The notes below the pieces were generated by a model, which had not been told where the DNA came from, made no database searches, and was given only the letters and a program-made list of their open reading frames with translations. DNA of 64,000 bases from an uncultured delta proteobacterium (GTDB taxonomy: Bacteria; Myxococcota_A; Polyangia; Polyangiales; Houyiibacteriaceae). Below, piece by piece: positions 19,991-29,744 of the stretch (position 1 is the stretch's first letter; each line of letters opens with the position of its first letter). The stretch spans positions 212,740 to 276,739 of the forward strand of contig CAVQUI010000006.1 in assembly GCA_963716775.1 (NCBI GenBank), in the 5' to 3' direction. The position numbers and the translations under genes were made by a program.

Positions 19991-21358
19991 TTGCTCGTGT
20001 TTGCGCTGGCGGGTTGCAGCTTCGATGATCCACTTGCGTTCCTCGACATCGAGCTCCCCGAGAGGGCGCGCGATCTTGGACCGCCCCGACGGGTTTTCGC
20101 GAAGCGCTTCGTCACGCCGATTCGATCGGCACCCAGCCCGGAGGGCGCGCGTCTGGGCTATCTGCGCGCAGGGGCGCTGCTGCACTCGACTACAACTGAG
20201 CCCGTTGGCTACGAAGGTTGCGAAGAGGGCTGGTACAAGCTCGACACTGGTGGCTTCGCCTGCAGAGGGAGAGACATCATCGTGTTCTCGGGCGAACGAC
20301 TCCCGGAGCTTCGAGCGCGGCAAGCCGACCGCGACGCGCCCATGCCCTACGAGTACGTGACCGTTAGACGAAAGACGCCGCTCTACAAGCGAATACCCAA
20401 AGCCGATGAGGTGTACCTGATCCCGCCGGAAGCTCCGGAGCCCGTGGTCGAGACCTCATCGCGCGAGGAGCCCGACGCGCCGACGCTCGAGCAGAACATC
20501 AGCAATCCACTAGTGCTTCGGATCCTCCGGCCGGGCTTCTACGTGAGCTTGGATCGGCGCTTCGAAAGAGATGGCGAGACCTACTGGCGCACCCAGCAAA
20601 ACGGCTTCGTGCCAGCCGAGAACCTGCGTCGCAAGGAATGGAGCGAGTTCCGGGGACAAGTGCTGGGCGATGGAGCTTGGGATCTGCCTGTGGCGGTGAC
20701 CCGGCACGAGCAGACGACCGTGTACAGGCTGAACGATCGGGGAAAGCTCAAGGCCAGTCGTGAGGGTCTCGAGAATCGGTCCTGGCTTCCCGTGCGGTCA
20801 CGCCGTCGCATCGAGGGTAGCATCTATCTGCAACTTGGAAACGGCCGGCTGGTGCGCGAGGCAGACGTGATGGTCATCGAGCCGAGCGCGCCGCCGGAGG
20901 GAGTCGGGGAAGGGCAGCGCTGGATCGACGTCGACCTCAGCCGGCAGCTCTTGGTGGCCTATGACTGGAAACGGCCTCGCTACCTGACCCTCGTCTCGAC
21001 GGGGCGTTCGAGGACTCCGACCCCGGAGCAGAGCTACCTCACGCCACAGGGCCTACATCGCATCCGTGGGAAGCATCTGACCTCCACGATGGACAACGAT
21101 GAGCCCGGCGAACCGCCGTACTCGCTCGAAGACGTGCCCTACGTCATGTATTTCAAGGGCGCGTACGCCTTCCACAGCGCCTTCTGGCACGATCGCTTCG
21201 GCCGTCCGCGAAGCCACGGCTGCATCAACCTGGCGCCACACGACGCCAAATGGTTGTACAACTGGGCCGGACCGGACCTGCCCGACGTCTGGCACGGAGG
21301 CATGGCGACCGAGGAGAACCCGGGAACTTGGGTGTACGTCCACGGGGAGACCCCGTGA
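19991..21358 (+). CDS. L,D-transpeptidase (YkuD domain) lipoprotein
   Basis: The 455-aa ORF has the lipobox LVFALAGCS and the catalytic motif FHSAFWHDRFGRPRSHGCINL. Only TTG 19991 or GTG 19997 can serve as the start, because an in-frame stop sits at 19961. Confidence 0.85.
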   Translation: MLVFALAGCSFDDPLAFLDIELPERARDLGPPRRVFAKRFVTPIRSAPSPEGARLGYLRAGALLHSTTTEPVGYEGCEEGWYKLDTGGFACRGRDIIVFSGERLPELRARQADRDAPMPYEYVTVRRKTPLYKRIPKADEVYLIPPEAPEPVVETSSREEPDAPTLEQNISNPLVLRILRPGFYVSLDRRFERDGETYWRTQQNGFVPAENLRRKEWSEFRGQVLGDGAWDLPVAVTRHEQTTVYRLNDRGKLKASREGLENRSWLPVRSRRRIEGSIYLQLGNGRLVREADVMVIEPSAPPEGVGEGQRWIDVDLSRQLLVAYDWKRPRYLTLVSTGRSRTPTPEQSYLTPQGLHRIRGKHLTSTMDNDEPGEPPYSLEDVPYVMYFKGAYAFHSAFWHDRFGRPRSHGCINLAPHDAKWLYNWAGPDLPDVWHGGMATEENPGTWVYVHGETP

Positions 21359-21382
21359 CCCGCGGCAGCCCGTCTTCCGGGC

Positions 21383-22396
21383 CTACTTGGCCAGCGCCGC
21401 TTTGACTGCCTTCAGCAGCTTCTGGCCCGCGGGGCCGACCTGCTTGGCGACGTTCTCGGGGACGCCCTTTTCCTTGTCCTTGAACTTCTGGAGCTCGGCT
21501 TTGCTCGGGTCGTGGATGTCGTACCCGTAGCGGACGAGGTTCTTGATGAGAACCGGCTCCATCTTGCGGACTTGCTCGCGGCCCCAGGTCGTGAGGTCGT
21601 AGGGGACGTTGAGAAGGATCTTCTGAATGTCTTCAGGAAGCGTGTCGAACCACTTCTTGGAATACACGACGATGCCGGGCTGATACGAGTGCTTCGAGAG
21701 GATCAGGTTACGCTCGTCGTCGCCGAGGCCCTGGTACCAGGTCGTCGCCATTGCGAAGAGCGGCGTGTTGTCGAAGCCGTCGACGACGCCGGTCTGCAGA
21801 CTGGTCATCGTGTTGGCGACGTCGATGGTCACCGGGCTTGCCCCAAGCGCTTTGTAGGCTTCAACGTGCGCGACGGCCTCTTGCGAGCGGTAGCGAATCC
21901 CCTTCATGTCGTCCGGGCTGCGAATGGGGCGCCGGCTGAAGTAGGAGCGAAAACCGTTCTCGCCCCAGAGCGCGAAGACCAGCTTCTGCTTTGCGAGAAT
22001 CTCGCGAACTTGCTTCAAGACCTCCGGGTCATCGAGGGCCTTGTCCGCCTGCTCGACGGTGTCGAACACGTAGGGTGCCTCGAGCACGTTCACCTCGCGA
22101 ACGATGGAGCTCAGCCCACCGACCGAACCGGCGAAGCCCTGCTTGCTTCCCATTTGGGTCCGCCGGGCTAAGGAACGCTCATTCGAGCCACCGAGGCGAA
22201 GCTTCACTTTCACCCGGCCGCCCGTCGCTTCTTCGACATACTTTTTCAGGCGCTTGAGCTGCAGCGCCCAAGGGCTGCCCGCGGGGACGACGGTTCCCAT
22301 CTCCAAGACGTAGTCCTGCGCCGATGCTGGAGCGGGTCCGGCAAACAGGAAGGAAAGGGCGAAAAACGCCGCAACACAGACAATGGACTTACGCAT
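21383..22396 (-). CDS. TRAP-type transporter periplasmic solute-binding protein (DctP/TatP family)
   Basis: The 337-aa ORF has the signal peptide MRKSIVCVAAFFALSFLFAGPAPASA and a DctP-like body (ALWGENGFRSYFSR.PIRSPDDMKGIRYR...TSLQTGVVDGFDN). Confidence 0.85.
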   Translation of the reverse strand: MRKSIVCVAAFFALSFLFAGPAPASAQDYVLEMGTVVPAGSPWALQLKRLKKYVEEATGGRVKVKLRLGGSNERSLARRTQMGSKQGFAGSVGGLSSIVREVNVLEAPYVFDTVEQADKALDDPEVLKQVREILAKQKLVFALWGENGFRSYFSRRPIRSPDDMKGIRYRSQEAVAHVEAYKALGASPVTIDVANTMTSLQTGVVDGFDNTPLFAMATTWYQGLGDDERNLILSKHSYQPGIVVYSKKWFDTLPEDIQKILLNVPYDLTTWGREQVRKMEPVLIKNLVRYGYDIHDPSKAELQKFKDKEKGVPENVAKQVGPAGQKLLKAVKAALAK

Positions 22397-22450
22397 TGGA
22401 TTCTCCTCGGGCTGGCCCTGTGGACGCTGTAGCGTGTGGGCCTATTCAGA

Positions 22451-23362
22451 TCAGAAAATGTCGTCGATTTCGGCCATCAGCTTCGCGGCCTTCCGCTGTT
22501 CGCACTGGCTCTCGGGAACGATCGCCGGGATCACGTTCGGGTCGCCCTTGAGAACGTAGTTCACGAGCTCTTCGAAGAGCGGTCGATTGTCCTCTTTGAC
22601 CGCCCATTCTTCCGCCATGAGGATGCGTGTGCCGTAGTAGTTCGGGTACTCGTCGATGGCAATGTTGAAGAACGAGGCCGACTTTTTCATGTCGCCGCCA
22701 GCGAAACCGGGCGCCTTGGCGTAGAAGATGCCGAAGTAGCGGTTGGGACCACTGTAGAAATAGTCTGAGTTGTTCGCGAGGCAGAATTCCATGATCTCGC
22801 GGATCTCGTCCTTGTAGGAAAGAAGCGTTGCGAAGCTCTCGAGCGTGGCCCAGCGACCAAGATTCGAAGAGCGCCAGTAGAGGGCCGGCACCGCCGAAGC
22901 GTTGAGGACGCTGATCGCGTCTTCGATGCGCTCACCGGAAGCCATCTTCTCAGCGAAGGCGGGCGACATCGCCGACAACGCGCGCTCAGCGGCGCGGGTG
23001 CCTTCTTCGTGCATGTTCTTGTAGGCCTCGGGGTTGTCCTCATCGAAGCGAAGGTGACAATCCGAGTAGAAGTAGATCGCGTGTGTCAGCTCGTTGAGCG
23101 CGGTCACGTTTTGGGGATCGATTTCGGCGGCCTTGGTCCAGGCGTCGATCGCGGCTTTGGCTTGTGCGGGGTCGCCCCGGTTCGCCCAAGCGGCGTCGGC
23201 AGCAGACATCAGCTCGGCGACCTGCGCCCGAGCCGCATCATCGAGCTGAACGGCACCCGTGCTGGTGTCCCAGGCGGACTCACGGGTCGACCCACAACTC
23301 GCAACCAAGGCCGCCATGCTTACAAGGGCAACCCAGTGCCCGATCTTCAACGAACGCATCAT
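22451..23362 (-). CDS. TRAP-transporter-associated TatT-family TPR lipoprotein
   Basis: This is the 3' part of ORF 22451..23590, starting from the ATG at 23362 with a GGAGGA Shine-Dalgarno. It has the lipobox ALVASCGS. The C-terminal region (GPNRYFGIFYAKAPGFAGGDMKKSASFF...LMAEEWAVKEDNRPLFEELVNYVL) is typical of TatT-family proteins as I recall them. Confidence 0.7.
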   Translation of the reverse strand: MMRSLKIGHWVALVSMAALVASCGSTRESAWDTSTGAVQLDDAARAQVAELMSAADAAWANRGDPAQAKAAIDAWTKAAEIDPQNVTALNELTHAIYFYSDCHLRFDEDNPEAYKNMHEEGTRAAERALSAMSPAFAEKMASGERIEDAISVLNASAVPALYWRSSNLGRWATLESFATLLSYKDEIREIMEFCLANNSDYFYSGPNRYFGIFYAKAPGFAGGDMKKSASFFNIAIDEYPNYYGTRILMAEEWAVKEDNRPLFEELVNYVLKGDPNVIPAIVPESQCEQRKAAKLMAEIDDIF

Positions 23363-23522
23363 GCTTTCCTCCTGCTCCCGCGCCGATCCGGCGGGGCTAC
23401 TGGCGGGGCATACCAAGATGCCTTTCACACTGTCAACGACGCAAAGCATCAAGCGGTCGGTTTGCTTGCGGGGGATGGGGCGCTGTGGTAGGTGGCTGCC
23501 TGAAAATTTGGTTTGCCTCTCT

Positions 23523-23558
23523 ATGGGTGGGCCGCCACGGCCCGCCCATTTTTCGTTT
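23523..23558 (+). terminator. Intrinsic terminator / attenuator in the leader of the rimP-nusA-infB operon
   Basis: ATGGGTGGGCC (23523-23533) pairs with GGCCCGCCCAT (23539-23549): 11 bp including one G.U, with the loop GCCAC. It is followed by TTTTTCGTTT, which begins at the stem's closing T. It is plus-strand specific and ends about 20 nt before the rimP start. No plus-strand gene lies upstream. Confidence 0.65.
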
Positions 23559-23576
23559 AGCGACCCAGAGCAGAAA

Positions 23577-24077
23577 TTGACCCAGGCCACTGAACAGCTA
23601 GTCCACGTATTGGAGCAGTTAATCGACCCAATTTGCCGCGCCCACGGTGTGGAGCTGGTCGACGTGCGCTATCTGCGTGAGCCAAAGGGGGCCGTGATTC
23701 GGGTCATCATCGACCGCGAGGTGCCAGGCATGGAGGTCGGCAGCGGTGTGTCCCTGGAAGATTGCACTGGCGTCAGCCGCGACATCTCGACCAGTCTGGA
23801 CGTCCACGAGGACTTGCTTCCCTCCGGGGCATTCCGGCTCGAGGTGAGCTCTCCGGGGCTCGAACGGCCGCTGGTCAAGCTCTCGGACTTCGAACGATTC
23901 TCCGGTCGCGAGGTCAAATTGAAGACCCAATCCCCAATCGAACGGCAGCGTCGCTTTCGCGGAAAGCTGCTTCGGGTCGTCGATCAGAGCATCGAGCTCG
24001 ACCAAGACGGCAAGATACTTTTGATTCCACACGCGGAAATCGCTCAGGCGAACCTCGTGTACAGATTCTCGAACTAG
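23577..24077 (+). CDS. rimP: Ribosome maturation factor RimP
   Basis: This is the 3' part of ORF 23259..24077. It shows LIDPICRAHGVELVDVRYL and EVSSPGLERPL. The TTG start at 23577 is a best guess. Confidence 0.8.
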   Translation: MTQATEQLVHVLEQLIDPICRAHGVELVDVRYLREPKGAVIRVIIDREVPGMEVGSGVSLEDCTGVSRDISTSLDVHEDLLPSGAFRLEVSSPGLERPLVKLSDFERFSGREVKLKTQSPIERQRRFRGKLLRVVDQSIELDQDGKILLIPHAEIAQANLVYRFSN

Positions 24078-24085
24078 GTGGGTAG

Positions 24086-25857
24086 ATGGCTATGCAGCAA
24101 AGCGCGCTCTCGCTTCAGCATGTGATTGAACAGGTCAGCCAAGAAAAGGGCATCGACGCCAAGATTCTGGTTGAGGCGACCGAGCAGGCGATTCTGACGG
24201 CCGCGAAAAAGACCTTTGGTCCCGACCGCGAGCTCGAAGCGAGGTTCAACCCGGAGTCGGGCGCGGTGGATCTGTTTCAGTACATGACCGTCGTCGAGTC
24301 GGTAGAAAACAGCGAGCAGGAGATTTCGGTCCAAGAAGCGGAGACGCACGGCCTCGAAGCAGAAATCGGCGAGGAGCTCGGGTTTCAGATCTTCTACCTC
24401 CCTGAAGACCGCGACAAGGCGCGCGAGCAGGACAAGCAGTTCGGGGAGCTTCTGAGCCTCGAGCAGAGTCGAAGCCGATTCGGAAGAATCGCTGCGCAGA
24501 CCGCCAAGCAGGTGATCATCCAGCGCGTTCGCGACGCTGAGCGCGAGCGAGTGTTCGTCGAGTACAAGAGCCGCCAAGGTGAGATCATCACCGGCGTAGT
24601 GCGCCGCTTTGAGCGTGGTTCGAACATCATCGTCGACCTCGGTCGCGGCGTCGAAGCCGTGCTGCCACCGCGTGAGCAAACGCCGCGCGAGAGCTACCGC
24701 CCCGGCGATCGCATCGTAGCCCTCTTGAAGGACATCGACCGTGAGGCCCGTGGCCCCCAGATCATTCTCTCTCGCACCGATGTCGGGATTCTCGTGAAGC
24801 TCTTCGAAATGGAGGTTCCCGAGATCTACGAAGGCATCGTGCGAATCGTTGCCGCAGCCCGGGAGCCGGGCGCACGATCGAAGATCGCCGTAAGCAGCCG
24901 TGACTCGGATGTCGACCCGGTGGGCGCTTGCGTGGGCATGAAGGGCTCACGCGTGCAGGCCGTGGTTCAGGAGCTTCGCGGCGAGAAGATCGACATCGTT
25001 CCCTGGGACCGTGACCCGGCCCGCTTCGTTTGTAACGCGATTGCTCCTGCCGAGGTCGTCCGCGTCGTCATCGACGAAACCAATTCCAACATGGAGCTGG
25101 TCGTGCCGGATGCGAAGCTGTCCCTGGCGATTGGTCGCCGCGGACAGAACGTGAGGCTCGCCTCTCAGCTTAGTGGCTGGAGACTCGACATCGTGAGCGA
25201 GTCTCGCTTCCAGCAGATCGAGGAAGAAGCGATGGAGGCGCTGTCGCGCCTGAGCACCGACGAAGAGCTGTCACGATCGCTGTACCGCATGGGTTTCCGT
25301 AGCCTTGACGAGGTCGTGGAAGCCAGTGAAGGCGAGCTTGCGTCTGTGCCGGGGGTCTCGGCAGACGATGTCGCGAAGCTTCGTGCGGACGCCGCGAGCG
25401 CAATGGAGGCGCTTCGCACGGAGCGCTTGGCAGCGATGACGGAAGCGACCGAGGCGCCGAGCGAACGCGACAAGCTGCTCCTGGTGCGTGGGGTCAACGC
25501 TCGCGTCGCGGACAAGCTCGAGCAGAACGGTTACACGTCGGTCGATGTCATCGCAGCCGAAGAGGACACCGATCGCCTTGCGATCAAATCTGGGCTTGGC
25601 GCCGCAAGAGCGCAGGCCCTCAAAGCCGCAGTCGCCGATTTTGTCGGAACGGAGTGGCCGCCCGTCGAGGTGAAGATGCTGCAGAGCATCGCGGCCGCCC
25701 AGGCGGAGGCGGCGCGATTGGAAGCGGAAGCGGAAGCGGAAGCGACGGCAGAGGCAGCGGCGGTGGCAGCGGCGGTGGCAGCGGCCGAGGCCGAGGCCGG
25801 CTCCGAGACGGGTTCCGAGACCGAGACCGGGCCGAGTCGTTCGAGGAGACCAAGTAG
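24086..25857 (+). CDS. nusA: Transcription termination/antitermination factor NusA (S1, KH1/KH2 and a C-terminal acidic repeat region); apparent -1 frame disruption near 25829-25831
   Basis: In ORF 24086..26251 the sequence is NusA-like up to ...[14 protein letters not shown]. It then becomes an Arg-rich out-of-frame reading across ylxR. Shifting at the GGG run (25829-25831) gives ...AESFEETK with a stop at 25857, 11 nt before the ylxR start. Confidence 0.85.
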
Positions 25858-25868
25858 GGTAGGCGTCG

Positions 25869-26478
25869 ATGCTGGTTGTCATGGGCAAGAGCGAACGAGA
25901 CAAGCCTTCGACGCGGATGTGCGCCGGCTGTGGCAGTCGCACCGACCGGGAGGACCTCGTGCGCCTCGTCGTCGGGCCCACTGCGCCCTTTGTGGCCGTG
26001 GATCTCGGTCGGCGCCTTGGCGGCCGTGGGGTGTCCGTGCACCCCAGAAGGGCCTGTATCCGCTCCGCTTCACTCCGGGGCGGCTTGGCTCGCGCGCTTC
26101 GGGGCGTGGCTCAAGTCGAGCCCGAGAGCATCGAACGGATGGTGGTGCAGCAATTCGAGCGGCGGGCCCTGGGCCTGCTGAGCTCGGCCCAGCGCACTCG
26201 CAGCCTGGCTCTCGGAGGGGACGCGGTTCGTTCTGCTTTGAAGGCAAGTAAAGGGGATTCTACTGATCCGCGCAGAGGATTCGCGTGGTCGCGGGGATGA
26301 GCTCGCACATGCTGCAACGGCGCTTGGTTGCGCGACGGCGACTTGGGGGACAAAGGCCAGCTTGGGGGACGCATTCAGCCGTTCGGAGCTTGGCGTCGTC
26401 CTGGTGACAGATCGGGGTATCGCTCGAGCGGTCTTAGATTGCCTGTCGCACATAGAGGCCCTATCGGAGGATGGATGA
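25869..26478 (+). CDS. YlxR (DUF448) fused to an L7Ae/YlxQ-like domain; apparent +1 frame disruption at the G run 26253-26256
   Basis: ORF 25869..26300 has [19 protein letters not shown] (YlxR) and then [29 protein letters not shown]. After skipping one G the frame continues as [20 protein letters not shown]...[17 protein letters not shown] and ends at the TGA at 26476-26478, overlapping the infB ATG. Confidence 0.7.
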
Positions 26479-29014
26479 CTAAGGTTCGAGTCTACGAGGT
26501 CGCCCGAGAGTTGGGGGTCGAAAATCGCGACCTGATCCAACGGATTGCGACCCTTGGGATCCAGGTGCGCAATCACATGAGCGTTCTGGATCCGGTCGAA
26601 GTGGACCGCATCAAACGATCGCTCGGCAAGGATCGAAGCGAGGCGATGGTCGAAGAACGAATTCGGCCGACCGTCGTGCGTCGTAAGCGTCGCAAGAAGA
26701 CCGAGGATGCAGCGCCGGTCGTCGCGCAAGCGCCGGCGAGCGCTCCGGTCGAAGAGCCTTCGCTCGCCCACACACCGCCGCCTGCTGCGCCCACGCCCAT
26801 CCCGGAGCCCCAGCCGATGGTCGAGCCAGAGCCGGCCCCGAGCGAAACGCCGGAGGTGGTCGCCGCCGAGCCGACTGCGGAGCCTGCCGCCGAGGCGCAG
26901 CGACCCCAGGAGCCGCCGCGTGCCGCACCGCCACCCGCTGCACCGGATGTGCCTTCCGAAGAGCCCGGCGAGCAAGGTCGTTTCTCTCATGATCCGCTGC
27001 CGCCCGGCGTCATGCGACGCGGCAAGGCCAAGGCGCCAAGCGCCACACCGCTTTCGGAAGGCGCGCGTCGCCGCATCGTCGCGGAGCATGCCGCGCAGCG
27101 TGAACAGCATGCGCCTCGTCGACGGGAGATTCGCGGGCGTTCCTCGATCGGTCCCACCGGCCGTCCACAGGGACGCCCCGGAAAGAAGCGTCTGCAGCCC
27201 GGTAAGAAGCCGAAGCAGACCGAGATTACGGTGCCAGGCGCAGCGAAGCGCCTGATTCGAATCGAAGACAACGTCCAGCTTCAAACGCTGGCGCAGAAAA
27301 TGAGCCTCAAGGCGACCGACGTCTTGATGAAGTTGATGGAGCTCGGGGTCTCAGGGGTTCACATCAACAGCACGCTCGATGCGGATACCGCTGCGGTCTT
27401 GGCCGGCGAGTTCAACTACGAGGTCGAGAACGTCGCTCTGAGCGAGGACCAAATCGTCGGCGATGCGCGCGGCGAGTTCGAAGACAAGGCCGACGACCGA
27501 GCGCACCGGCCTCCGGTCGTCACCGTCATGGGTCACGTCGACCACGGCAAGACCTCGCTCCTAGACAAGATTCGCGCGGCAGATGTCGTTGCTGGCGAAG
27601 CCGGCGGTATCACGCAGCACATCGGTGCGTATCGCGTCGACACCGACCGGGGCACCGTCGTGTTCCTCGATACGCCGGGCCACGAGGCGTTTCACGGCAA
27701 TGCGCGCCCGTGGCGCTCAGGCAACCGATATCGTCATCCTGGTGGTTGCCGCCGACGATGGTGTCATGCCTCAAACCAGAGAGGCCGTCGCTCACGCTCA
27801 GGCTGCCAAGGTGCCAATCGTCGTTGCGGTCAACAAGATCGACAAGCCAGAGGCAAATCCGGACACGGTTCGAAACGAGCTCGCGGCCCTGGGTCTGCAG
27901 CCCGAGGACTGGGGTGGGGAGACGGTGTTCGTTCCATGCTCTGCCATCACCGGCGAAGGTGTCGATAGCCTCCTCGAGAATGTTCTGCTTCAAGCGGAGC
28001 TTCTCGAGCTCACCGCAAATCCGAGCATTCCCGCCGAGGGCGTCGTGCTCGAGGCATACCTCGATCGAGGCCGAGGTCCTGTCGCGAACGTCTTGATTAG
28101 AGACGGTTCTTTGGATGCGGGCGACTACGTAGTGGCCGGCGGTTCCTGGGGTCGCGTTCGCGCGATGACCGACGACCGCGGCAACCAACTTCCGAGCGCA
28201 GGCCCGGCCACGCCGGTCGAGGTGCTCGGTTTGGCGGAGCTTCCGGCGGCCGGCGACCTCTTCTACGAGGTGACCGACCAGCGCAAGGCCCAGCAGGTGG
28301 CAGGCGCGCGGAAGAAGCCAGGGACGGCGAGCGTTGCGCCGAGCGGTGGGCTTCGCGGCCTCGATCAGTTCCAGGCTCTGATGCAGAGCGGCGACGTCCA
28401 GGAGCTTCGGCTCGTGGTCAAGGCCGATGTCCAGGGATCGGTCGAAGCGCTCCAGGGCTCGCTCACCGACCTGGCGACCGAGAAGGTCAAGGTCAACGTC
28501 ATTCACACCGGCGTCGGCGGGTATCACCGAGAACGACGTCATGCTCGCCAGCGCATCGCAGGCCATCGTCCTCGGCTTCAACGTGCGGCCCCAGGGCAAG
28601 GCCTCGTCCACGGCCAAGAAGGAAGGCGTCGAGATTCGGACCTACAGCGTCATCTACGAGGCCATCGACGAGGTCAAGTTGGCGATGAAGGGTCTGCTGG
28701 CCCCGAAGATCGTCCAAGAGGACCTCGGCAAGGCAGAGGTTCGGCAGACATTCGGCATTCCGAAGATCGGAACCATCGCGGGCTGCATGGTCCTCGAAGG
28801 CAAGATCAACCGCGGGGCCAAGGCCCGTCTCGTGCGTGACGGCGTCATCGTCTGGGAGGGGCCGATGGGCTCGCTCCGACGCTTCAAAGAGGACACCAAG
28901 GAAGTCCAGGCCGGCATGGAATGCGGCATCGGACTTCAGGGGTTCAACGACGTCAAAGAGCAAGACATCATCGAGTGCTACCAAGAGAAGCAGGTCGAGG
29001 CGACTCTCGAGTGA
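26475..29014 (+). CDS. infB: Translation initiation factor IF-2, split over three frames by two apparent +1 indels (near 27690-27692 and 28519-21)
   Basis: Segment 1 runs from the ATG at 26475 (GGAGGA Shine-Dalgarno): [14 protein letters not shown]...[14 protein letters not shown]...DTPGHEAF. Segment 2 (frame of ORF 27583..28839): [28 protein letters not shown]...NKIDK...VIHTGVGG. Segment 3 (frame of ORF 28427..29014): [12 protein letters not shown]...[21 protein letters not shown]. The junctions fall at a TTT run and a GGG run. Confidence 0.9.
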
Positions 29015-29037
29015 GCTGAGCGCCGAGAGGTCTGAAC

Positions 29038-29349
29038 ATGGTCGTTGGCGTTTGCCAGATTTCGCTTTCATTGCCGGGGGTGACCTCGCTGAAGGCCAAG
29101 CGCTCGATCGTGCGCAAGGTCCTCGACCGGACCTCGAATCGGTTCAATGTCGCGGCGGCCGAAGTCGGGCATCATGACGCGCATCGGCAATCCACGCTCG
29201 GTTTTGCGGTGGTTTCCACCGACCGGCGTCACGCCAATTCGATGCTCGACTCGATTGCGGATTTCGTTGAAGGCTCGGCGGACACGCTGGTCTTGGATCG
29301 CTCGATCGAGTTGCTCTCTTTGGGCGAGCTCGGAGATTGGACGGGCTGA
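29038..29349 (+). CDS. DUF503 (YlxP-like) protein
   Basis: The 103-aa ORF shows MVVGVCQISLSLPGVTSLKAKRSIVRKVLDRTSNRFNVAAAEV, and it sits in the conserved position between infB and rbfA. Confidence 0.8.
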   Translation: MVVGVCQISLSLPGVTSLKAKRSIVRKVLDRTSNRFNVAAAEVGHHDAHRQSTLGFAVVSTDRRHANSMLDSIADFVEGSADTLVLDRSIELLSLGELGDWTG

Positions 29350-29353
29350 ACCG

Positions 29354-29744
29354 ATGGCGCAGAAAGGTTTTCGAAGGGCAGACCGCGTTTCTGAACGCAT
29401 TCGAAGTGAGCTGATGGAGCTCCTGCTTCGTGGCAGCGTGCGCGACCCGGCCGCCAGGGACGTCGTGGTCTCCGCCGTGCGAATGACTGACGACCTGAGC
29501 ATCGCCCGAGTCTACGTACGTGTGCTCGAAGAGATCGACGCCGACCGCCAGGAGCTCGTGGTGGCGGCGCTCCAGCGAGCCAGCGGGTTTCTTCGCCGAG
29601 AGATCGGACAGCGGCTTGCAGCTTCGACACGTTCCGTCCTTGGACTTCTACTGGGACGAGGTCGTGGATTCGGCGCTTCGCATCGAATCGATCTTGGAAG
29701 AAATACGCGAGGAGCCCGACTCCGGCTCGGAGGGTTCCAAGTGA
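29354..29744 (+). CDS. rbfA: Ribosome-binding factor A; apparent +1 frame disruption near 29616-29618
   Basis: MAQKGFRRADRVSERIRSELMELLL...RREIGQRL (frame of ORF 29147..30721) continues as QLRHVPSLDFYWDEVVDSALRIESIL (frame of ORF 29520..29744). Confidence 0.8.

Noticed and set aside
25721-25800. Tandem GAAGCG / GCAGCGGCGGTG repeats as a non-coding repeat array
   Set aside because: They are in frame within nusA and encode the low-complexity acidic linker ([26 protein letters not shown]). There are no spacers and no CRISPR-like architecture.
24086-26251. The 721-aa ORF as a genuine long NusA
   Set aside because: After ...[10 protein letters not shown] the translation becomes Arg/Pro/Gly-rich, reads straight across the well-formed ylxR gene in another frame, and has no NusA-like sequence. 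A 1-nt shift at a GGG run instead gives a natural acidic C-terminus with a stop at 25857.
26475-29014. Programmed ribosomal frameshifting in infB
   Set aside because: There are no slippery heptamers or stimulatory structures at either junction. Both sites are simple TTT and GGG runs. The same kind of break occurs in many unrelated genes in this window, which points to consensus errors.
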